From positions 5,456,001 to 5,520,000 of the forward strand of contig NC_047067.1 of the NCBI RefSeq assembly GCF_902459465.1: DNA of 64,000 bases, given 5' to 3'. Source of the stretch: Asterias rubens. Taxonomy: Eukaryota. Below the pieces are notes generated by a model, which worked only from the letters and a program-made list of their open reading frames with translations, made no database searches and was not told where the DNA came from. Positions 37,102 to 49,100 of the stretch are shown in pieces. Both the position numbers and the translations under genes were made by a program. How positions within the stretch are numbered: position 1 is the first letter of the stretch; each line of letters starts with the position of its first letter.

Positions 37102-40100
37102 GTACGTTTGTAGGAGTATTCTTCAAAATATAATTAGCTGGCAAATAGTATTGGCCATTTTTTTATTTATTTTTTTATAGATATGGTGGACACCATGGGA
37201 CAATTTCATAGAGCTGCTTATGCACAAAAAATGTTTAAGCACGGAAATAGCTCGCTTATTTTACACATGTTACTGATGGCCAAATATTCATGCCATATAC
37301 ATTGCTTGTGACTGGTATTTAGCTGTTGTTTACTTAGCCTAACAATTGAGTGGAGTCTTGGCCGGCAATCTGATTTTACTAAGCAAGGATTTTTCTCGCC
37401 AAAGCAAATTTTGTATGAAATTGGGCCCATATGAGTACGCTGTTTGGTTTGGGTGTATACAGACGGAAATACCCAATAGTATTGTGTCCATCATATCTCA
37501 AAATGGCGAACGTAATTAATTTGTTTCTTTCTTCAGTAGAAACAGCTGCTGTTGTTATCAATAGTCAGTGGTAAAAACCCAGGAATGCCACAGGTGCACC
37601 AACTAAACCATCGCCCATAGCAAACAGGGAATCAGTTTGGTTTAGTGGTGTCTTGCCTCACTTCAACTTCTGGGGCCCCGGTTCAAGTGCTACCGAGGGC
37701 GCTATGTGGATTGGGTTTTCAGTCCACCTATAGCTTGAGTAGGCCTTTATTAGTCATGTAGGGGAAACAAAGTAGAAATCACTCTCGTTTTCAGTGTTGG
37801 TTCTACATTTATAATTAAACAAATCTATTGCACAACAAGTTTACCTTGCACAATCATCTTGTGCTCTTCTCAACTATTTGTGCTGCTTGATTGAAAATTT
37901 TGTTTATATATTTAGTTGAAACTGCATCCTTTACTCCAACCTGCCTTCCTTAGTTATTTATTGATTGATAGCTAATTTAAAATGTTTTTATTCAGTCTTA
38001 AAAAATCAACTTATTTTGTTTACTTTTAAAAACCTTTTATTTCTTATGCACTTTGCCTGTGACTTCACTTCTGCACCATGATAGCTATATACAACAGAAT
38101 AAGGGTTTCACCATACCATTGAGGAGTGGAGAATCGCCCCAGTCATTGCTTGTCATAATTCCCACAGTTTTATCCAATCAGTGGATTATCCACGGACTTA
38201 ATCCAATAATCCTCTCTGAGATAATCTTGGTGTTTTTTTCTTCCCGTCAGATTATTGCGAATATGAAGGCCAAATTATACCGAATAGAGAGAAGATAGTG
38301 CTGGAGAAAGACCCTTGTGTGAGATGCCGATGTAGGGTAAGACCTTATATAATTTAAAGAGGTGTAAACTTACACTTCCTTGTGCTGTAGCGCCTAGGAT
38401 ACTTACAGGATACTCTTTCACTTTGTTTTCGAAAATCTCAGCATAAGTCTGAGATATTCTGGATAAAACCATGACCAGCACACACATGCACACCCATCCA
38501 TTGACCACTTAACCCCCTACTCCCCTGGTGGTTATATATTTTTCTTATAAAAATAGAGTTTAAAAAAAAATGTTATTATAGCGCTTAACATGGGTCAGCT
38601 TGATATGTTTTATCTCCCAGCCTAACGAGAACATATCTAAGCTGATACCTAGCAAAATTTGTGCCTTTCTTAATACCTTAAAAGAATCAGTGTTGAAAAC
38701 TTGTGGCTGTACACAGAATTAGGGTCTGTCGCATGCATTATAATATGTATTGCGCATTATTTTATCAAAATAAACCACAAGGGAAACTGACTGGGTAAAT
38801 TTTGAAATGTTTTTTGGGGTTGAACAAAGAATTGACTAGAGTGGGATTCGAACCAACGCCCTCTGGTACGTTAATCCGGAGGTCGTTGGTTCGAATTCCA
38901 CTCTAGTCAATTCTTTGTTCAACCCCAAAAAGCGCGATATTTTAATCGATTAGAAGCACTTTGTAACACAAAACGCATGACTAAAAATCTGCAATCTTTC
39001 CTACCACAAAAACAGATTAAACTGTTATGTTTTGTAGCTGTTTATTTATTGTGGCTGAATGTTTAATTGTTTATTTCTACAGGATGGGGAGCTGAAATGT
39101 CGAACCATGACTTGTCCACAACAACAATGCAAGGAACTTATCCACAAACCGGGCACATGCTGCCCTAAATGCATATGTAAGTATTACATACCCATGGGAT
39201 TTAGCTGTACAATTTTTGCAAAGTCACATATAAACATGATCTCAACACTTGATCTTCCAAAACTTTTGTTTCCAAATATTTACACAAATAGATTCCTGTA
39301 TGAGTTGAGGCAATTGTAGAAGCAAGTATTTCAATTATTTGTGTCCTCATTGCCTAAGAACAGGTACCAAAGAAAACAGTTAAAAGTAAACCATTTTCAG
39401 ATTTATCATGTTTTAAATATAGGATAGTTTACAATAAAACAATGTATAAAACTTGTTTAAGAGTTTTTAAACACACTATCTCCTCCATTCATTCCAGCAT
39501 CACGCACAAACAGACATAAAGCCAGCAATAAATTCAAAGATGTCGCAATGACGATGGGCCTTGATATCGTTACTGATGGCTTGACGGTCGTCACAGTTCG
39601 ACTCCCACCACCCCCCATGATACCCCCTCCTCCCCCATCCATGCTCGCAGCAATGATTGCAAATAATACCGACTTATTGCCGATGTTTACCACAACGACG
39701 ACGACGACGACTACGGTGGATTTACCTACTGAAGAACCAGCCACGATTATATCGCCAAGAACCACCAGGATGACCCGGGCACCACCGACGCCCCCACCCA
39801 CACCACCACCACCATCACCGGTCACAAGAACAACAAAGGTTAGTATTGTTCTGACTGAGTTACTGTGCTTGTTTGTATGTTTGTCTTTTTGTCGAGTCAA
39901 GATCATCTCAACAAACAAACAGTAACTCAGTCAGTCACTAGAAATTTGATTTTTACTGATTGGAGTGTGGGCTTGAGACCCGATTGTGACACTTTTATCC
40001 TTGAGCAAGACACTTTACTATAAAAAACATGCTACCGATTGGTGTATAGGGCCTACCTTATCTCTTTTTCTACCTCCATGCTCAGATGGAACCCTCATCT

Positions 40101-43100
40101 TCCAATGAGGGTAGCTGGTTCCGAAGCAGGAAATCTAAAGTCATTGTCACATAAGGCAATTTATTAGCAACCAGTTCCAGGCAACATCTAAGAAGAAAAG
40201 TTTGGCATATAAATTTTCACCTATTTTTCTTGTGGATCAGAGGACAATGTTCGAAAAATGACTTGTGTCCTTTCTAAGGGGTCCAGTAGCATGCACTTCA
40301 GTTGGTTGCCTTCAAGATGCATGTAAAAGTTACCTTGTGTGACAAGGCCCTTATGGTTTTAAGTATCTTTGTCAAATAAACTATATAGGTTAGGATAACC
40401 CTTTACTTTGATTGAAGGCCTCATTGCCCAATGAGGGTAGCTGTTTCCCAACCAGGAATCCTGATTTGTCATAATGTTGGTGTGTTTGAAATCTTCATAA
40501 AAAAATTAAGATAAATAATTTATTTTGCATGTTTCATGTCAACTTGTTTATTTGCTTTGCTTTGCCAATGTATCAAAACCCCAATCTGTGCTTTTGTTTT
40601 TGATTCTGTTTGCATGCTGTCTTATTTTAAAGATTAAACCTACCCCAAAGCCCAGACCCACCAGGCGACCCCAAAAACCCACAGAACCGTGCATGAAAGG
40701 TGAACCAGGAACAAGTGGGGTCAAAGGTGAAACGGGTGCCCCTGGATCCCCAGGCATGCAGGTACATTTTTCTCTAAGGCTGTCATGTAAATTTATTTGC
40801 TCTTCTCGTGCATCTTCCTCCTCCTCATCATAATCTACATCAAGTCTCTCTCCATTCCTTGCTTGTTATACTTCTTCATGTTTCCCTCCCTCTTTTGATT
40901 GTCCTTCATGGTCAAACCCATCTCCGTTCTTTTTGGCCACACTCAGTGTCTTAATTTTGTACGCAATATGCAAACCCCATGTCCTCTTCACTTTCCTTAT
41001 TATAAAGATGTGAATTTTTTTTCAAATCCTGAATTGATAACTTTTAACATTGAGATTTTACCCTTTTTTTAAGACACTGCAAGTTTTAATGGGTTAAGTA
41101 TGGGTTAAGATTTCTTTTATTTGTGAAATTTTTTAAAAGCACACTTTTTTTCCAGACACAAGGCAAGAGGTCCACTTACCTAATAGCTCAGAAATACTCA
41201 AATTATATGTACAATCACAAAAGAAATTCCCTTGATTTTTTTTTTAAATCCCACTATCACTAGCTAAAGCCACTTACCAGATGAGATGAGGGCTACATGC
41301 CAATATAAAAAAGAGAGAAGATGCCTGTAGATATTAAACTTTAATAGATTGTAAGATGCTTGGAAAACAGGTATGGAGGTCCAAAGTGAGGCAGTAAAAG
41401 GTGAAGAGCCAGTAGATTACCTCACAATACTGACATTTAGAAAAGATACCAAAAAGGGACAAGAAGAGGCAAAATTATAGAGGATTTGAAGAATAACTTG
41501 AACTGATAAAAAGCAAATTCAAACAAACTTTGCTAACCCGTAGAATGTTCTTACTTGTTGGGGATACAAACAACTATCCCCACCACCAATGAATATTTGG
41601 TTTACAAGTATAGAAATTACACTAATATGTAGAAACAATTATTCTGTCAGAGTATTTTCCTAAACTTAATAGTGGAGGAAGCCAGTCAGTAACTGAACGA
41701 TATACGTAATACATGCTTCTCCTTTTTGTTTGACTCACTAAAAACCAGCACTTCAAAACAGAATTTATAAAAACACATCTTATTCAAAACATAACCCAAG
41801 AAGAAGACAAAAAAATGAAATAAATAATTGAATTAATAAAGAGTAAAAAAAACAATTTAAAAAAGTTAAACAACAAGTAAATTAAACATTAATTACAAAA
41901 TAAAAATGAACAGTAAAAATATTACAATACATACAAAGTAACAAAAAACATTAACAAATAACCAAATAAAATGACAGGTTAAATTTTATTTACCGAACAG
42001 CTCAGAAAAGTTCCAATATGTACAATTATTTTAAAATAAACCACTGATTTGTATTTTAATTCCTACTCTCGCAAGCTTAAGCCACTTGCCAGCCATGCCA
42101 ACACTATTTGTAAAACCCTTAACGTGGCCACCACCCGAATCAGAAATTATAATAAGCACCACATATAAAAATTATCCTTGGAAATATTTTGGAGGCTTAT
42201 GTATTTTGAAATTCAATTAGCGCTGGAGTGCAGTCGCAATCTGTTCAGCTGAAACACGCAGGTTATCCACGGATACAGATGGATGCCGATCAAACTTCTG
42301 ACATTTGACCCTCGCTAGATTGAATTAATAAAAATTGTCTACAGTCAATCCCCTCCCCTCTTGGCATGTTGATAACACAATTATTATTATACGACCTACG
42401 ACTATGATGGGGAACGAATGAAATTAGTGCCTGAATAATTTTGGAAAATTAATCTTTGGTTCAGTTCTTGAAGACAACTGGGATTAAGTCACTGCAAAAA
42501 GAATCAATGAAACTATTAAAAAACAGCAAAAAAAAGAGCAAAATTTCTCTGCATTTAAATTCAATACAAGTCTGTATAGTGATTGTCCCCCCCCCCGACT
42601 TTACAATGTATTTACAAGATTTGCTTTGATTTTAAAGAGTTGCCTCTTTAACTGTTCCTAACTCTTTGTTCCTTACCCTTCCTATATTATCATTGCTATC
42701 ATATTTAACAAATTATTATTTTGATTGCATTAAATCTCAAACTAAATTGTTTGCTTTTTCATGATCCCCTGTCCCTGAATACAGCCCATTCAAACAGCAT
42801 AAAATACAATCCCACACAACTAATATTTTTTGGGCTTAAGGAAACAAAATGTAGGTAAGCCCAATATAATTATGCTTACCAGAAGAAAGTTATTAGCTAA
42901 AGAACCATGTCACACATGTCATCAGTGACTGATACCCTGCTCATTTTAGCTTAGCAGAAATTTGTAAGCAATAATTTGTACTGAAGTTGCTCTGTGAAAT
43001 TGTGGATGTATGTTTGGAGCTCTATCAAAAAAAAACAAAAAAAACACCTGCTGCAAGGTTTTAATGAATTTTTAATAATGTTGTATAATAGGATGGCTGG

Positions 43101-46100
43101 TTGTGTTTTAATTTTAGGGTCCGAATGGTACCCCGGGACCTACAGGGCCAACAGGATTGAAAGGAGACACAGGGGAACCAGGACCCCAGGTAAATCAAGT
43201 TTGTGTCAAGTACATAGATACTAAGTGACATATATTCTCATAAATTTACAATCTTTTCAAAAGATTTTCCAAAGTCTTACGTCAGACTTTGTCTTAATTA
43301 AGACAGACTTTGTGAGTCTTAAGTCAGACTCTATGAGTTAACTGTTAACTTAAAGGCACTGAACACGTTTGGTAATTGTCAAAGACCAGTGTTCTCACTT
43401 GGTGTATCCCATCATAAGCCTAAAATAACCAGCCTGTGAAAATTTGGGCTCAAACGGTCATCGAAGTTGCGAGAAAATGATGAAAGAAAAAACACCCTTG
43501 TTGGACGAATTTGTGTGCTTTCAGATAGGAATAAAAGACTTCTAGCTTGAAGTCTTTTATTATTTTAGTGAGAAATAACCAAACGTGTACCTTCCCTTTA
43601 ATACTTTAATTGGTTAATCAAAGTCACTTGAAAACTGTATAAAAGTGTTGATTTAATTTAAGTTGCTGCTTTAAGAGTCTAGGCCTACATAAATATTACA
43701 GTAAAAAAATGGGTTCATTTTTACCTTCCCGGCTAAAAACTGGAGTAACCTTTCTGAAAGGGGACAATGTGTCAGAGGGCCAGACGAGTCCATGACTCAA
43801 CAGACAACATCATCAGCATCATATAGCATCCCTTGACAACTCAGTCTCATCTCTAGTCTCAAGAGACAATTAAAAACCTGTACAAGATCATCTCTTTCCT
43901 TAATGCCAGACAGAGGGGAACTGGTTGAACTTAGTTGAAAACAACTGGGATATAGAGAGATGAGTAGTGGTGATGAAATAATGTAGCTGGAAGTTCACTA
44001 AGTGTCAGATTTGTAGAGCGATGACCACACTGTTCGACTCCGAAATTAATTTCCCGGTATACATCTAGAAAGCTTTTCCTAAGAGCTTTATTTTGACAAG
44101 TATAAAAGGTTTTTTTTGCACTAACTTAGCATGACCTTCATATTCTAAATCAGCAGAGCATTCATATACTTCATTTTGTCTTTATATTGTTTCAAGTCTT
44201 AGTATTAATTGACCTAGGGATCATACTATATCTTTATCATGCATTTTCACTGTATCATGCATTTGCGCATTATCATGGAGGTTTGCAAGCAATTAGTATA
44301 AGTTTTGAAGGGTATTAACTCCACTACAGGAGCGTTATAACTCCTCAGAATGTCACATCTATTTGTAACTTATTATTTATTCATTAACAATTATAGGACT
44401 GATACTTTGTTCTTGTAAGGACTAAGCAGTTTTTCATAATTAAAGGGCGTTTGTACTTTTTGTAGGAAAAAAAAAAACACAATGTCCACAGATCTACACT
44501 AAACTTACACAGTTTAAAGACAATGATAGTAGAAAGCTTCCCTGAAAATATTACGTGCTGAGGTGCTGTAGTTTTGGGGAAATGAGTAAAACAATGTCAT
44601 GAAAATAATTTTGGTCTCATGAGACCAAAATTATTTTAAGCATTTACAAACGTATTTTAATGACATTGTTTTACTCATTTCTCAAAAACTGCAGCACCTC
44701 AGTAAGTAATATTTGAAGGGAAGCTTTCCACTATCATTATCTGCAAACCCTGTAGGTTTAATGTAAATCTATCAACATTTTGAAAAAATCCTTTAAGGGC
44801 ACCTTAATGAAGGAAATGCAAATTAATTTTGTAACATTTAAAGGAACACGTTGTCTATAAAAAGCGTTTGAAACCGTTTGTTATGAAATGTATATGGTTA
44901 GAAAGATGTTTTAAGAGTAGAATATAATGATCCACACAAGTATTACTCAAAGTTGCACGGTTTTCTTTTTACGTCGCGAACTATCACGGTCGGCCATTTA
45001 TGGGAGTCAAAATTTTGACTCCCTAAATGGCCGACCGTGTTATTGGACGAGGTAATAAGAAAACCACACAATTTCGAGGCATGTTTGTGTGGATCATTGT
45101 ATTCTACTTTTACATCATCTTTCTAACCATATGCATTTTATAACAAAAACGGTCACAAAACGCATTTCAAAGACCAACTCGACCGATCCAAGGCAACGTG
45201 TTTCTTTAAAGGGCACAAAGGCAATGACCAGGGCCATGAAAGCAACTACCATCATTGTCTTCTAGAAGTATCAGGCCTGTATGTTGTTTGTAGGTTGATT
45301 CTAAACCTTGTTTGTTTTTCTTGTTTTTATCATCATCAGGGTCCAAAAGGTGACACAGGACCTAAGGGTGAACGGGGTCTTCCGGGCCCAAGAGGGCCAA
45401 CTGGACCAAAAGTGAGTCTTTCAAATATGAGTTCTCTCCCATCCATATCCCAAAAAGGATAGGTGGGGGCGAAAGAAACAACAAATCCAAAACAACAGCA
45501 CACAACACCTAGCATCCCCAAGTGTAGAACTTCAAAAAATGAAAAGGAATGTCAGCCTTAGTGTTATGGATAGCCATATGATATTAGCCTAGATACAAAT
45601 TTCTACTTCTAGGTGAGGGGAAGCAATCATGGAGCATGTTTTCTTAGTACCTGTATTTAAATCAGAATAAACATCCAGTTCCACACAAGTGTTATTTACT
45701 GTCCTGAAATACAAAGTTAGTGATGAGATAGACACCTGGGCTCAATTTCATAGAGCTACTAAACCAGACAATTTTGCCTGAAACATTTTCTGCTTAGCAA
45801 AAATAAACAGGATATCATTTACAGATTATTCTTAATTCATGTGACATGGTAGTTTTGTCGGTAACCTTATTGTGGTAGGTATAATTTTGTTGTACTTAGC
45901 TGCATTTTGGGCTATAGGTAGCTCTATGAAATTAGGCCCTGGTAGTTATTGTTATTTTAACTTACAGGTGAGCCTTTGGGAAAGACTTTGCTTGGGTCTA
46001 AATGTTACGTCACTTTATGCATTTTGCTGTAGGTAGTTTTAGCATAGAAAAAGGACTGTGGTCCTTTCTCTGTGGTTTTAGTAAAAGTGAGCAGTTTGCA

Positions 46101-49100
46101 ACAGCTAATTTTCCCTTCATTTTTCAATATTTATCTTTTGTTATAATTTACTATCTGTAGGGATCGTTTGGTATGCCTGGACCCAGAGGACATTCTGGAA
46201 AGAAAGGCCCTAAAGGAAATACTGGAAGGAAAGGAAGAAAGGTAAAATATATTTTACAGTTTTTGTTTTTAAAACCTGAAAAAACCCCACATGCAGTTCT
46301 AAAATCAACCAACATTTGTTACAGTTAGGAAAAGAACATAACAATGTTAATCCACTCTTGAGATGGAAGTATAGACCCCTTGTACACGAGCCCCAAACCA
46401 CGCCCTCACTGAGGTCAATGAAGAATTTTCATTGGCCGAGAGTAGTGCGCAGCGCATACATGCCTGCAAGTTTCCATTGTTTGAACTCAGCGATGGTGAC
46501 CGATGCAAGACTTCTTTTTATATTTTCTTTAACTCTGATATTCTTTCACCTGCTACTCACCAAGATTATGCTACCAGTTAGAATTTTCAGAACCGAGTAA
46601 AAACATTATATTTATACAGAGCTTAAAAGCACTGTATTCTCTGTACCTTCCCGAGTCCTCTGAGACAGATCCACCGGCAAATCTCCTCGGGTGGGATTCA
46701 AACCCGGGACCTTTGCACAGCGAGTTAAAATACTTATCAAGGATTAATTTTGTTACATTTTTTATATTTTTATTTAACTCTGATGTTTTTTCACTTGCTA
46801 TATTCACTTTTAAGATGATGCTGCAATTTGTTTATCCCTTGAACAAAGTCAATAATTTTTGTATTAAGCACAGTACTTTCCCCAAGTTCTCTGAAAGAAA
46901 TCCACAGGCAGTCCTATCAGGTGGGACCTTTGCATAGCAACTCAAAAATACAAAATTTTGTTCCCATTTTGATTCAGGGTGATCCAGGGGAGAGAGGTCC
47001 AGTGGGTCCAGAGGGAATCCAAGGACTTCCCGGCCACGTTGGCTTGCCCGGGCCAATGGGACCACCAGGAAACAGTAAGCAGTTAGTTACTCAATTAAAG
47101 ATGCTATGTCAGATTTTTGGCCGATTTGACCCAACAATTTTGATTTAAAATTCAATAGGTATTTTAATGGGGGTCGAGAAAGTTACAAGCTTTCATTTGA
47201 GCCATTGCTCGAAAAAGTCCGCCAATTATTAGTAGCAGTGAAATAAAGTGCTCAAAATTAGTTTTTGTCGGGATCCCGACAATATATCACGTGACCAATT
47301 CTTATGTGTTTTATAAGAAACGTTTTAAATTTTTGTCATGGTTCCTGACCATTAAAAGTAAAAGTTAAACTGTTTTTCGTTAGAGCGCGTGATAATCTTT
47401 GAAATACAATTCACTCAAAAATATATATTTTTTAATGTTTGGGGCCAAAAATCTGACATATCATCTTTAATAAGAGCAGTGTCCTCTTTACATGAACTGG
47501 ATACCTTTGGTAATTGTCCAAGAACAGTATTCTCACATGGTGTAGGCCTATCCCAACATAGCCTATGCATAAAAATAACAAAATCTGTGAAAATTTTGCT
47601 CAATTGGTCATTGAAGTTGCAAGGGAATAATGAAAGAAAAATCACCCTTGTTGCACAAATTTTGTGCTTCAGGTCCAAAAAAAGGTTTAGGCCTTCCTTC
47701 TTTCTCAGATTCAGATACTTTAAAATATTTGAATCTAAGAAAGACTGTTTTATACTACCAACAGCTCTCCGTTGCTTGTTAATACAAATTAAGTCTTAAT
47801 GCTAACAATTATTTTGAGTAATTACCAATAGTGTCTGGTGCCTTTTTAACAAATACTTGATTTCCATTTAAATTGAATCTTATTGCTTTTACAAACTTTC
47901 TTGATGATTATTCAGATGCTGGAGGAGTTGAAGGGCCAAGGGGACCTGTTGGGCCGCCGGGTCTACCTGGGTTGCAGGGTCCTTCTGGTAAACTAGGTCC
48001 ACAAGGGGTCAAAGGTGAAAAGGGAGACCCTGGTAACAAGGTCATGGAAGGGGTAAGTCATATTTAGACAGAAAGATCAGTTGTGTATATTTGGTACATT
48101 TTGCATTTTTTGTATATTCTGCATAGTTTTCCTTGTTTTGCATATTCTGTATATTATATCTTGAGTATTTTGTATACTATTTTGCATACTTTTGGGAATT
48201 CATTTTGCACATTTTGTATATTTTGCATTTTATGTACTAATTTTGAAAATTGTGCATAATGTGTATTTTCAAATATTGCATATTTTGTATTTTTGTATAC
48301 TATGAATAGTTTTGCATTTGTATTGTGTATATGTTTTGTATTTCTTGCATTTTTGTTCATTAGGGCCTACTAAAGAAAAACTTTATTTACAAAATAATTT
48401 ATTGAATCTAAGCAAAAACTTAACGAATCTATGCGAGTTGCAAGACACTTAGAAAGTTTGTTTATTAACCGTTCATTAATTCCAGTAAAAGATGTTTGAC
48501 CCTCTTTCCCTTTTTCCCTCCATCCCCCCAGCAAATAGTCATTGTGCCCAATGAGATCGCTATGCAGACAATCCGTGCAGAAGCAGCCATCGTCTATCGG
48601 ACAGATGTGAAAAAACTCTATTTCAGAGACACGGACGAGTGGAATTGTTTAATGGTCGAGGATAGCACAAAGGTCGTCACAGGTCCCCCTGGACCCCCAG
48701 GACCTCCTGGAGAAATGGGACCCACTGGTCCACAGGGACCAAAAGGGGAGACGGGGGACATGACGGAGCCGGATGATAAGGATGACAATAGTGTAAGGGT
48801 TAGGTTTCTTTGTATTGATATACTTTATACACGGTGTCATGGCCGATTGATTTAGCGCATCAAATTCAAGTTCTGGTGCAGGCCTGTATGCTTCGTTTTT
48901 GAAAGGGCAAGGGCACCAAGGCATTTTCTCCTTGGTAAAGGGCCCCTATGAGGACATTGAATATTTCTACTGGAGCATTTTAAGGGCACCAAGGCACTGA
49001 CCAGTGGGCAAGGAGGCAATCACCTCCAATGCCTTCGTAAAGTGTCAAGCCTGCTGGTGGTTTAGTCATCGGGGTAAGGGTTCTAATCCCTGAAAAAAGC

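Noticed and set aside
39457-39918. 153-aa Gly/Val-rich minus-strand ORF
   Set aside because: Antisense shadow of the Pro/Thr-rich ColQ-like exon 4.
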